From assembly GCA_030141605.1 (NCBI GenBank), contig JAQGDQ010000148.1:124001-188000 (forward strand): 64,000 nucleotides of DNA. The letters run 5' to 3'. This document shows, one piece after another, positions 12,288 through 24,984 of the stretch; position 1 is the first letter of the stretch; each line of letters begins with the position of its first letter. Position numbers and translations under genes: made by a program. The notes below the pieces were generated by a model. That model was given only the letters and a program-made list of their open reading frames with translations, was not told the origin of the DNA and did not search any database. Origin of the DNA: Tubiluchus corallicola (Eukaryota > Animalia > Priapulida).

Positions 12288-13288
12288 GTGAGAAAGGTTC
12301 GGGTGCTTCGCAGATTTACGCGTGCTGATTGGCGTGTGCTTCAAAAAACAACCGCTTTGTGTCTTATATGTACGGTGTTGATTCTCTATAATAGATACGA
12401 CACTGGTTTCCTTGAAGCCCTCACCTCAAAACTGATTCATCCAATCTACAAATTAATTAGCTGTATAATATCGTTTTCCAGCAAATACGAACATTGGCAT
12501 GCCCTATTATCAAATATAGGATTATGTAGCATAATAGTCTAGAGTCATTCATACGTTAATTAATTCACTGAAATGTAATAACCTATGATAACGTCTTGAA
12601 GTCATTAGAAGCGCTTCTGTTAGACCAACCCAAATGTAAGAAATAAGAAATTGGAGTTATGATAGCTTGTTATCTACGAGTTAAAGGTCTACGTTTTCTG
12701 TGCTATTTATTTCTTAAAACTTTTTAATACTACTAAATTGGGATAAAATATATGAAAATACGTACTATCGGGATAAAAGAGACAAAGATATGAAAGATAT
12801 CAATTTAGCTTTGAATAATAGTTTATAACTTTACAAAGTTCGCTTCTTACAAACAAAACGAAAAATACAAGATAAACAACAACAGTAAAACTAACTGACT
12901 AATTGACTGGCTAACCAATTGATAATGTGACAGACTGAGAGAAAGCAGGCTACCTGACCAACAAAAGATTGGCGGATCATATACCACAGTGATAACTTTT
13001 TTCTTTTTAGCTGATGAATTTCGGAACCAAAATACAGGCATATCAGGAACCAAAAAGATAAAGATTATTCTTGCTGGAGAATTGACTTTTTAATCATCCA
13101 TCCACAGTCACCAATATTTAATGTTGTTGCCACAAGGAATCTCCAATTCGTAACTGAAGGCCGTCAAAAGTGTCGAAATATGATGCGAAATCGTTTATTA
13201 ACAAAATCAAATATGTTCAATTAGAAAAATGTTGATGCTTGTCAAAGTTTCTTAAAAATGGACAAAAAAATATTTTTATTGGTTTCAG

Positions 13289-13668
13289 ATTCCCCGCGCC
13301 TCATTTGTGATTGTCACCTCGCTTGGATCAAGAATAACACATGGAAGAGCAGCAAAGTATGGTGTAAGGAACCCCCAGTAATTCCTCCTGATCGACAAAT
13401 CACAGTTGACGAGTTTCTTCCGTGCAAACCTAGCTTGACAACAGTTACTAGTACTGCTATGCCGAGCACTTCTAGACCTACCACGGAGAGACGTCCTACT
13501 AACAAATTGACCCCTACCACGAAGAAACGTTTTACTACCACTCCTGGATCTAAGGGTACTAAGGGACGTGCGGCACATGTTAGATCCCCAACAAACGCCG
13601 TAACATGCATATTATGGTCAACCACTTTTGTCGCCATTTTTGATATTCTTTCAAACGACATGTTTTAG
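13289..13668 (+). CDS. LRR protein last exon: LRRCT, Thr/Pro/Ser stalk, hydrophobic C-terminus (probable GPI signal)
   Basis: ggtttcag|AT, phase 1, gives DSPRLICDCHLAWIK...VWCKEPP...FLPC (LRRCT CxC..W..C..P..C), then a mucin-like T/P/S tract and a terminal hydrophobic stretch with almost no tail. Two-exon model is 367 aa. Confidence 0.8.
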
Positions 13669-14099
13669 GTGTTTTTCCCAGTTAATAGCCTACTGTTGTT
13701 GCCCTGATGGCTGTATTTTATTTAATTTGTCAATCTTGTTTATATTCTATCATTCTTATGGCAATGTTAGGTTATTACTTGGCTATTCCTCTATAAAGTA
13801 ATATTATCCCGGAGCGCTAACGTCGCGTATTTAGCTTAACACGTGCGCTAATTTTTTTCATTGTCATTTCATTACACTAGGCATCCGGGATTTTTTTAAT
13901 TCATGTTAGCTCGCAAACGCAGAGGATTAGAGTTACGAAACTTTCAGGGATGATACTTGGAATATCGAGTCAATGGAACAAAGGCTCAGGACGCTGGACA
14001 TTAGTCAGTTTATTATTATTATTATTATTCAACTTTTCCTAGGCCTTATACTCAGTATTTTCATAAGTATTTAGGTATCGTGGAGTAATACTGTACAAC

Positions 14100-14143
14100 C
14101 ACACCTGACCAGGTATAGTCAGGTAAACAGGGTCATGGCATTA
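14100..14143 (+). repeat. Dispersed repeat fragment; reverse-complement copy at about 42198-42244
   Basis: cacacctgaccaggtatagtcaggtaaacagggtcatggcatta versus the RC of 42198-42244, cacactcagccaggtatagtcaggtatatacacggtcaagacattac. Confidence 0.6.
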
Positions 14144-15227
14144 AGCTCGAAGGTTTACATTTGAATTCTTTCAGTCTTCGTATATAATCTAGAAGAATAG
14201 ACAATTATATAATATTGAATAGGAAATTACATTGAATGTGTTTCTGTGAATTACGAACGTTTTGCTAAAACTTAATTATACGTGAGTAAAGCTAATCGTT
14301 CACGCTAAAAGTGCTTCAGGTTGTACATTACTGCAAATACCTTACTCCTGAAAAAGATACATGTACTTTTCGCTGGTTAGTTAATTATGCAGTTTATCTG
14401 AGTATTGAGTATACAAAAAAATTCTAAGCAAAAATGGACTTGTAGGAGAACGTACTTTACTATCAACAAAAAGTTTTGCAGTCACAACTATCAAATTGTT
14501 CCATGCTTAGCTCTGTCTACAGTTCAGCATGTGCATTCAGGAGCGTCGTCTCCTACGGGAAAAGTGAGTAAATATTACTGCGAAGTTCAAAATTGCAACA
14601 ACTGTACAGAGTAAACAAGAATGACTTAGACAGAACTATTATTATCTGCAATGAATATAAATATAGTTTTAATTTTTAAAATGTCCAAGTATTCCGAGAT
14701 TTAAAGTAAAATCTTTGTATTAAGGTAATGCAGTTTTACTTCACACACTTAATGTCACAACATGAGCACATCTAATATGCGCAGTAACTGCTTGAAGGCA
14801 GGTTGGACCGTCTTGTTTATATGGTACAGAGACATGAGAAAGATAATGTTTCCTATATCTCTGATATTGTGGGTATTGTTTGATTGATGGGGCAGAATTT
14901 CAAGATGTCGCAAAAAAGGGAGGTGATACTCGACATTCGACTAAAGCATAGTGTACACTGCACACTCAACTCAGTGACCAACTTTGAAGCTTTTACAGAA
15001 GAATAGGCGATGAAAACTGACAACACCTCCTAATAATTTGACTCAAACCATCCGTGAGGGCAGGCAGTCCCATCTAAAACCACAGTGAGGTTAGTTGACG
15101 ATTTAGGTTAGTCATCACACATCAATTGACAGTATCCTTACACAAATTACGTCTAAACACTAAATTGAGTTCTGCGGTGGGACCTTCGTAAACATTTAGC
15201 AGATTAACTAACTTATATATATTAATT

Positions 15228-15252
15228 TTATTCATACATTCCGTTCGTTCCT

Positions 15253-15316
<64 letters not shown>

Positions 15317-15360
15317 TCCTTCCTTCCTTCCTTCCTTCCTTCCTTCCTTCCTTCCTTCCT

Positions 15361-15396
<36 letters not shown>

Positions 15397-15490
15397 TCGC
15401 TCGTTTGTTCTTTCATTCGTTCTTTCCTTCGTTCGTTCCTTCATTCGCTCTTTCGTTTCGTTCGTTCGTTCGTTCATACGTTCATTCATT
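15228..15490. repeat. Compound (TTTC)n/(TTCC)n/(TTCG)n microsatellite
   Basis: Direct reading. Explains the spurious KERK-repeat ORFs. Confidence 0.95.
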
Positions 15491-16369
15491 TAATTGTTCG
15501 TGGTTCATATATCCGTTGGACTAATTAAAAATCAGAACAGACGCCCGTCTGATGGCCTTTCTGATGATTATATTCTTTTATAATTAAATTAAAATCTTCC
15601 AGTAACAAATATGATAATTTGGGCAGGTAACACGTTGAGTATTACTCTTTTGTTTTTAGATTATCCCGTAGTTGTCAGTTTTAGTGGTGTGTAATTCACA
15701 TTCCCTTTTTCTGTTCTAATATTGTTATTATCAATAAACATTTTAAATATTATCGCTGGGTTATTCACATACCTATATCTCCAAATTTGTATTATTATAC
15801 CAGTTTTTTTTCTTTAAGAACTAACAATTGTTATTTATGAACATGTAATGTTTTATCACAATAAAACAATAAAGAATATCTACCTCGATACTATAACTTT
15901 TTGTGATTGGAACTTTCCTCCGATTATCCGCACTGGTACTAGCTTCCGGTTTGCTCATCATTGTTTCCGGTTTGCCTGGAAAGCGATCTCCTGAAGGCGG
16001 GAATTAAATCTACCAAGTGAAAAGCATCGAATTTAATGCCAGCTACACTCTGACTGAGGCCTGAGTGATATTTATACCGCTTTTAATAATCAATCAATCA
16101 ACGATCACGAAACCAGCAGCTTGCTTGACTGAGATCTCGCAGAGTCAGACGCATCTCGTCCAATGTAATAATGATTCACTTGTTAATGTGACATAATAGA
16201 TTTTCAGTCATTTTAAAAAGTTTCGAGAGATATAAACTTATTAGCTTATTGCTAGATTAACTTCAGAGAAGTATTGACCAATTAATTAGTTAGTAACAAG
16301 GAATTTGATCTACCTGTGTAATGATAAGCTATTCCTCCCATCACCATCGCAACTCTATTTTGATACATT

Positions 16370-16740
16370 TGCTTCACATTTATTCCTAAATTTTCACGTA
16401 TTCCAATGGCTACATATGCATTCTGACATTTTTCTCATTTTCTAATGGCTTCATATTTGTTCCAACATTTTTACAGATTTCAGAGGTTTCACAATTATTT
16501 CAAACTTTCACGTCTTTCAACAGCTTCACATTTATTTCGACATTTACGCATCTTCTCGTCTCTTCATATTTATTCCGGTATTTTCACAGCATCCATTGGC
16601 TTCACACTTGCTCAGACACTTTCATATTTTTAAATGGCCTCATTCTTGTTCTAACTTTTCACATTTTTCAATAGTTTCGCATTTTCTCTGTCATTTTCAA
16701 ATCTTTTAATGGCTCCACATTGCTCAAACCTTTACAATTT
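16370..16740 (+). repeat. Degenerate minisatellite, unit about 38 bp, about 10 copies
   Basis: Consensus near ttcaatggcttcatatttattccaacattttcacgtct. The aatggct-like core recurs at about 16405, 16444, 16483, 16519, 16557, 16595, 16633, 16670 and 16708. Confidence 0.8.
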
Positions 16741-16996
16741 TTGAACGAATCGAACGTAATATTAATATTACCTACAAATTTTTGCTTTAGAAGAGCAGTA
16801 ATGTTCTTTGACGAAAAGCACTCATCAGCTTGTGTAATCCATGTTATTTAATTTCACCGTTTATTTTTAGTATCTGTTTGTTAGCCCTTCCAGGAACTTC
16901 CAGTGTCCACTTTTGTTTATTTTAAAAAATAAAGTACTATTTTTGTCGTCGTCGTTGTCGTTGTCGTTGTCGTTCTCCTTGTTATTGTTGTTATCG

Positions 16997-17460
16997 TTGA
17001 AGCCATTGAAAGGCATGAGAATGTTGGAATAAATATGAAGCCATTGAAAGACGTGAAAATGCATGCATTAATGTGAAGGATGCAACAATGTCGGAAACAA
17101 GATGAATCCATTGGAGGCTATAACTGAAAAGGCCGAAATAAAAGACGTGAAAACGTGAGAAGCCGTGCGAAGCTATTGGAAGATAAGGCAAAAATGTTAT
17201 AGGCAATGTCACTGGATGATATGCGAAAGTGTGAGAAATATTGTGAAGTCATTTGAATAAACGTGAAAAGGTCGAAAACGATTTTTAAATGGTTGAAAGC
17301 AGAACGAAAAATTTTCAAATGCTAAATCAAGTTACTGCAAGACATGTGTAGGTGTCGAAAACAGTGTGAAACATGGTGTGTGGTATTCGGAGGTTATAAG
17401 TGTTGGAAACATGGAAAGTAGCTTAAAATTGGAAAAACATGAGGAGTTTTGAAATAACAT
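16997..17460 (-). repeat. Same ~38-bp minisatellite in inverted orientation
   Basis: gaagccattgaaaggcatgagaatgttggaataaatat-gaagccattgaaagacgtgaaaatg... is the reverse complement of the 16370-16740 unit and decays rightwards. Confidence 0.7.
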
Positions 17461-17879
17461 GGAAGTGCATATGATGTGGGCAGATGTGCATGCCATGTGG
17501 GCTAGTTGACCCGGATTTATGATTTTGAGGGACCTACTCCACCTGTTGATACCATCTCTGATGTTAAATTGCGAATGCAGACAACATTGATGTACTATTT
17601 TATTTATCCACTCATATTACGGTAATCTACTCGAGTGTTCTCATATAGCTTGAATAATTTCTTTTCATTACCTGCTTTAAGTGCTTTTGCAAATCGTTCT
17701 ATTTCTTTTATTCTGATCTATTATTTATAATTACAACAGCGGGACCTACATTTTCCATCTGGCTTGGACAGTTCTGGTGCTCTTCTGCTTTGCACAATCC
17801 TGAATGTTGACGAAGCCATCAAAGGATTTAAGAAAGTGAGAGAAATTGATTGCAGAGCGAGAACACGGGAGCAGAGTGA

Positions 17880-18045
17880 AGAAGAGACAGGGAAGCAGCA
17901 GAAAGAAAGAATGAAAGAGAGAGAGAGAGAGAGGGAGAGAAAGAAGAGGAAAGAATGAGAGACAGAGTAAGAGAGACAGAAAGAAAGAGAAAAAAGGACA
18001 ATGGAAAGCGACGGAGAGAAGAAAGACACAGCGAACAGAGAAGAT
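17880..18045. repeat. AG-rich low-complexity tract / (GA)n
   Basis: Direct reading of the sequence. Confidence 0.85.
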
Positions 18046-19871
18046 AGAATTTATTTAATAACGTACTTTTCCCTTGATAATTTTGCAATGCGAAAAGGGG
18101 GTAGCTGGCGTCGTCTGTGAACGAACGATGGAACTAAATTGTAGTACTAGTATGTATGTACTAGCCATTTAGCAAGAATTAGCTTATACGCATGCGTGGC
18201 CCACAGTATAGGTGGACCGAGAACAAGACCGTCGCCATCATCTTTGGTGTAGTTCACTTTTAATGAGAAAATCTGTTACAACGTAGTGTCCAGATCCTCA
18301 GAGCAGAATATGTGTATATAATATCAGTTGAAAATAATTTCGACCGATAGGTGTCACTACGGCCTTGCAGTGTAATTTTAAATTTACATCTGCCACTGTA
18401 AGTTCTTTGGTTATTTGCGTTTTGTAGAATCTAATTACAAAATTTCGTTGAAATTAATTTAATAACACGCGAAAATTTGCGTAAATTGAATGATGCAGCG
18501 TTTGCTCGTACATGTTTTGTTTGTTCGCCAGTCTGTGCCTAATCATTGCTAAAATGATTAGAGTTGCCCATTTTAAGAATTCATTGATTGTAATTTTGAA
18601 TAAACAAGTGACTCTTAACTTGTAATGTTAGAATGAGGTAAAATGATAGAAAAGGGACGAAGTAACGCCATTATTATGGCGAAACAAAATTATTAAATTG
18701 CACTTATGCACTGTATTTGAGCAATTATGTAAAGTAAAGACAATAATCCATTAAATTCAAATCGATTTTGACACGATTTTGATTTTTATAGCAATTAACT
18801 GTGAGTATGTGCAACCGACTGTGACAACATGTTGCGAATTTTTTTCACATTAAGCGCTTTCATCTAAAGCTAAATTCTTTGTCACAAATACTCTATGTAA
18901 GTGACAGGCTTTAGAAGTATAACGCAACAATTAGTAGAGGTAAGGTGGAACATGTAAAATTGGAAAATTTAATAAAATTGGGAAAAAAGGGAAAAAGAAA
19001 AAGATGTCTCATATACGCCTTTAAGTAAGGCTAATCATAATTTCACCAATACTTCTGTAACCGACATAATTTTTCAATAGAAACTTTAAAGATTCAGTAC
19101 AGTTGAACAAAATATTCTTTTCAATGAAAGGTTTTTTCAAGCAAACACTAAAAATAAACTGAAAAGTTTTTTGGTTTGGGATGAAGCTATGTAAGAACAA
19201 TATATAACTGAGTTTAATTTGTAGTTGAATGCGTCAAATACTCATCAGTGTACATTTTTCGCTAAGCTAACGAAGTACTGCAGTTACAAAGTAAAATATC
19301 TGTGCAGCTTTGACCTTCCTCTTTTTCATTTACTTACGTCTTCGCAAAATTTTACGAAAAAAAATTTTGTTACTCTCATTTAAATGATGAGCATTTGTGT
19401 AAACTGTGTCTTTACTCAGACAAATGACAGCTAAGAATGTTTCACTTTACTCCAACTTCCCCTACTAGAAATCTGTTTGCATTTACCAAAATATTTACCG
19501 GTTTTTGTGGAATAACGAATTTATTTATTTACTTGTTTATTTATTTATTACTTACTTTTATTCAGTCAATATTTGTGCTTTTAATTTTTGCTTGTGGAAC
19601 AATGGGAAACAACGGGGTGCAGTTCTTTATAGTTTAAACAGGGTAAAAGCGTCACGCTTGCTACACGCTCACTAAAATCGCAGTCGAAATAACGCTTCTT
19701 TGATCTAACCAGTTTACTAACTTGTTATTTACTCTAACATTAAACCTTGCATTGTGGGGAAGAGACGCCGTCCGTCTAATCTCATTGTGACGGGCAGGAT
19801 GAAAGCTCTTCTCATTTCCGGAGGTACCGAGAGCAGCTAAGAGGGAAGCCAGTGACATTTAAGAGAGGCTG

Positions 19872-19941
19872 CGGTCGCCATAGCAACCGTAGAAACGCCA
19901 AGACGCTGCAAAGCCGCAGTGACGTGTGTAATGTATAAATA
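19872..19941 (+). promoter_or_regulatory. Candidate promoter: RFX X-box, half-CRE and TATA box
   Basis: GTCGCCATAGCAAC (19874-19887, X-box consensus GTNRCC-N0-3-RGYAAC), TGACGT (19920-19925) and TATAAATA (19934-19941) in a locally GC-richer island. Confidence 0.55.
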
Positions 19942-19963
19942 GTTGTTTTGGTTTGGCAAAGAG

Positions 19964-20078
19964 ATGTAGACATCGTTTAACATCTGGCAGCTGAAAAAAC
20001 GCACTTACAGGTGAAAAAACGCCTCGCAAGAGGTATACAATGATTTTCTGTACATGGCCAGGATAGCCTAGCATTAAG
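19964..20078 (+). other. Candidate non-coding first exon, probably of the synaptotagmin gene
   Basis: Begins about 30 nt after the TATA box and ends AAG|GTAAGC. The next recognised + strand exon (37180) opens with an acceptor before its ATG, so it needs an upstream exon. The link is inferred. Confidence 0.45.
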
Positions 20079-20880
20079 GTAAGCTTATAAACTCCTTATT
20101 AGATCAAGTCGCAATTGTTTTACCTGGTGTTTTGCAGAATTTGCGCAAAAACTGCGACATTTTTTAAAAGAAAAACATGTACGATTTTGTGATTTAATTT
20201 CTTTTCGTCACGTAGTCATATTTGTGGTGGTAATAGCACGTAAATTTCAGGTGTTGCATAAAATTTTCATTTAAAACTAATTATATTATGATTATAATAA
20301 ACATCACATATGTTGACCCAAACATAGATACGTTTTTACACAATCCGACATTCTGCAATTTGGTAATTGTGGTGAGACTGGAATCTAGCTAATTATCAAG
20401 GGCAATGATTCTATAAGATGAGCTCTGAACATGCCAAGACATGCTTTTTTTCAATTAGCACCCAGAGGTGGTCACCGATCTCGGCGCTGCGTACTTTTCA
20501 AAAACACGAAGTACCCACATTGAAAACTCTAGTGTTTTCCTCGCGCCAACCAGTTTATACTTTTCTTACTAAATAAAGCCACAAATCTACTTACTTTACG
20601 AAAATCGCATATTGCTATATTTATTTTTAAGACAGGATATTAGTACCAAATACTATTGTCACTCAGGTGTCGTTTAATAATTACACGCGTTCTTTTTTGC
20701 AACTTCTGACGTTTTTCTCGCAATTTGGTCTTATAAAAAAATCACGCGTGCCTTAAGAATAATGAAGTGTGTTTACTGCAAAAAACTGCACTCATTTGTG
20801 AAAAGACGTGTTGTTTGGATAGATTGAATACCTTAGCTCCACCTTCATTTTCCTGACTTCATGCATGTATTTGATAAAAC

Positions 20881-21187
20881 GGACGCGTCCTTTTCTTGCC
20901 AATAGACGCGTGGTCTCTCGAAATTTGATTTGACAAAAAGGACGCGTCCTTTTCTTGCTAATGCACGATTGGTTTCTCGTAATGTGACTGGATAAAAAGG
21001 AGGCGATCTTTTTTTTGCTAATACGCGTGTGGTCTCTCGCAATTTGATTTGACAAAAAGAACGCGTCCTTTTCTTGCTAATGCACGATTGGTTTCTCGTA
21101 ATGTGACTGGATAAAAAGGAGGCGATCTTTTTTTTGCTAATACGCGCGTGATTTTCTCACAATTTGATTTGATGAAAGCGGCACGTG
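20881..21187. repeat. Tandem repeat, ~120-bp unit made of two ~60-bp subunits, about 2.5 copies
   Basis: ggacgcgtccttttcttgctaatgcacgattggtttctcgtaatgtgactggataaaaa-ggaggcgatcttttttttgctaatacgcg...aatttgatttga repeats at about 20940 and 21060, with one more subunit at 20881. Confidence 0.9.
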
Positions 21188-24100
21188 GAAAACCGTTGTT
21201 TGTCACATAAATTTAAAGTAGCTTTATGAATTTCTGCACATTATTGGACCATATGGTACTTGCCTTGACACCAAGTATAGAGAAATATTGCCCCAGATGA
21301 AAGCCTTTTAGGTACTAGATTATCCCTGGCTTTCTTTTTTTGATATTTAAATTACTTTTCGACGCAAGTTTATGTAGTGTTTGACAGCCAACTATAAATA
21401 TTCACCTCACATAGTAATTATAATGTATAAGGCATAATATGGATTGTAAACTGATGAACAAAAACCGGAAAAAAAGCTATGTAATGGAGCTGCCAAAAAC
21501 TCGAAATTCAAACGTTGCTTAGCATTACCAGTTCATATGAAAAAGTTAATTCGTAAGGGACTTAATACGATTTACAGATCGCACAAAAGATGCTGGGGCG
21601 CGGTGTATTGTAGTTAAGGGTCTGTCGTTGAGTTATTAGACAAACTTGGTAGCCAAGTACATGCCGTGATCACTCACTATTCCATATACGCAAAGACGAT
21701 TCGCTATTTACTTGTTCTTACGTTACAAATATACTTTCTTTCCTTGACGAATTTTTTATCATACGGTCCCTATTAATCAATACACGTAGTTAAAATAAAG
21801 TACTTTTTATTGCATAATATCTAACTGCGTTTTGAAAACGATTTATTAAATTTTCTATGAATTTCTTTTTCTATGAAATAACGGTTCCATGAAATAAAAT
21901 ATCTTTTTTCATGAACTAAAGGAACCATGCAAAAAATTCTAAGAAATGGAAATTCCGGAAAAAAAATCTTTTTTGGAAAGATTTTTTCTGGGGCGTAATT
22001 TTTCTGTAAAAAAAATTCTGTGAATTTTTTTCTGGCAAAAAACTTTTCTAGGAAAAAGCACTTCTGGGAAACGAGTCTATCTCGTTTTTGACATCGACGG
22101 ATTTAAGAATAGGTAAAAAACCTTCCCTTACATTCATCCTCAAAACATAAATCAAGTTAATTTAGGAGCTGTTCTTGTGAATCATTTCAAAGCCTTCCAT
22201 ATCATTCCAATGCAGAAATAACCGTCAGCAGAGGGGCAGGTAGAATATAATAAAATATTTCTGGGCTACGAAAGGGTTTGTCGTCCACTCTTTTCCCAAG
22301 CCTAGATCATTGTGGGTAACAATCAGGCTTTATATCAGTTACACTTCTCCCTGACATTAATGGAGTAATTTCATTGAAGCCAGTGAAGGTTAGGTTTTGT
22401 TTCCGTTTTAAGAGCACGATCACGTGAACAAAGCCGGAAAGAGTTAACATTTAGCACATGTTAATAGCGTGCATATGGAGCGTGTTATTAATCGACGGCT
22501 ATATTTATTGCGTCAGATGACGTCAGCAGTTATTCATAAATTGCTGAAACTCTCTTGGCTGTCTTCTACCTTCCGGTAAATGGGCTAATAGATATGTCAC
22601 TAGGCGAGAATAATTGAGTTGAGTGGATGCAAACTGTTCGCACTAGTGCACAATAGATAATGTCATATATGTATATGTACGTTCTTGCAGTAAACAGTTT
22701 TTGCGTGTTTGCTTGACAATGTTTGGCAGGGCTTCATATAATAGCCCTCAACTCACAGTATTTATTATATATGAAGTGTGGAATAGCTTTTAAGCAAACT
22801 AGTTGTAATTTTGCGACGCCATTATGACTCGAGATTACTCAGGAATATAATGCGGAGGTTTTATTTTAAGCCGTTTAGTTTACTGCCTTAAGTTACGAAA
22901 TGCTAATACTGCAGCTTTATTTGGTAAACACTTTCGTTCTCAGGGGGCCTAAAACTAAAAATAAAAAATACAGAAAATAAACGATGGCTTCAAAACGCCT
23001 TCACCTTTATACACCTGCTCGCCTTCGGTGTGCATGTATGTAATTTTCAGCTTACGATACCACTGGGAGTGAAAACTTCTGTTAATAAATTGTCCTCCTA
23101 ATCCTTAAGGATTTCGAAGCATTATAGTTTTAGTTTATGTGGCAAGCCTCAAGAGTCTCAGAGTTATGTATGTTGCACATTTTTACCAGTTTTGTGTACC
23201 GATAAGAACATTATCTCCCTGTGAATTAATACTTATTCAAGAGAACCATGGATAAAAGCAAATATGGAAATTTTTAACATTGTGTAATTTGTCACCAAAG
23301 ACGATTTAATAAGGTGTTAAATCACACGTACAACTTCAACAGCCAAAATAAAGAGCAAATAACTGACGCAAATGTCGAGAAATACTTAGATAATTGCGAG
23401 AGCATTTGCTAGTTCTCGCTGAAATGAATGTCCACAAATTAAACCTAATTGGGTTCGCACTCATCGTTTTTTGCCATTTATTTTTTATTAATTCTCATTT
23501 ATTATTTCTTGGTTACAGCATATATTATACATCTGTGCACTAATTAGGAATGAATTTATCTTAAGGAAAACATTTTACAGCCCGAGTTAATATGTAACTG
23601 CAGATACATTTATCATACTCTTTTATATTTGAACCAACTGATTCATTGTATATTTGTTTATAGAATCATCATTACAAAAAACGTACATAATGTGAAAACA
23701 ACAAAGACCAACCAGAATGTTGTATGATCAATGTTGAAAGAGACGTTTTCTGAAGACAATATAGTGTTCAAACGTAAAAGACGAATAACAATTAATTCAT
23801 ACAAGTGGTAAAAATAAATATTGCAATAATGTTAGATAAATGAACTGTTATGTAATTCTTTACACAATGGTACCTGGGTTTTATACAGAAAATAAATAAA
23901 TTTCTAGCGTATGAAAGGCTGATTGAAAAAATCAAAAGTGGATGGCAGAAAACACAGGGAAAAAAATTGAATATTTTTAAAAACTGTTAGTTTGTCATCG
24001 TTAACGTGGACATTTAATGATTCAGAGCTTTTCATTTCCGATTTGGTTGAGTCGTAATAATTACAAATTCGCTCACGCATAGGCATTTTGTAAGGTTTGT

Positions 24101-24984
24101 GATATACCGATCGGATTCGCTGGCCAATTTATGAACGCTGATCCCAATTTGTTGCAATTTATAATATATTTCCTTGTGGCGTTGAGTGATAAACAGCTTT
24201 CGTGTAGTATGCCTGTTTGAAGGTACGGTATATCCTTATCTTAGTTTGAGCTTCGCCTCTGTTTGTATCCTTTGCCTGATGTCAATTATCTAATACTGCC
24301 ACCAATAAGTTCTTACGAAACGTTATTCATTTTTAAATATTTAAAACTGTGAAAAGCCAGAATTGATAATTCTAATGGTTTATAGACGGGTACTTGTTTC
24401 TAGATAAGCAAATTACACAAACTATTATTAGGCGATTCCTAGCAATTGGAAACCCTTCGTCTTAGCTCAAGTCGTTTCAAAAACAAGTTGTTTCTAGACA
24501 TCCATATTTGCTCGTACTGTTTGAGCTGCATACCTTGTTACCAGTCTTTACTGTTAGGAGAAACAATGTCGAACGGTAAACTGATACGAATGCCAACAGA
24601 CCAATAGGTAAACCGATACGCCATAAACAAACAAGCTGAGTCAAGTCGACATTGATAACTGTCATATTACATGAAAGCTATTTATTACTCAACACCACAA
24701 GGAAATCTCTTATAAACTGCAACAAAACCACCAAATTATCAACCTGGCTTCTCGAAAATATTGGGCCCTCTGTTTTTTACCAAACAATATAATCACTTCA
24801 AGTGCTAACCATATGACAGTTTGGCAATTGCAGATATTTAGGCAGACAAGGGAACAGCAAATACTCCTTTAAGTTCTAATATGCTCAATTTTCGCATGTG
24901 CGTACTCAATTTAAATAAAGGTTCTATCGGTGGCCGTCGGTCGCTCAATGATGCTACATTTGGCAAGAGCTTCATATACATTAT

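Noticed and set aside
15228-18088. KERK-, ER- and SL-rich ORFs and ORFs in 16445-17318
   Set aside because: Translations of microsatellite and minisatellite DNA.
16370-21187. CRISPR-like arrays
   Set aside because: The repeats are contiguous tandem units without unique spacers, in a spliced eukaryotic context with no cas genes.
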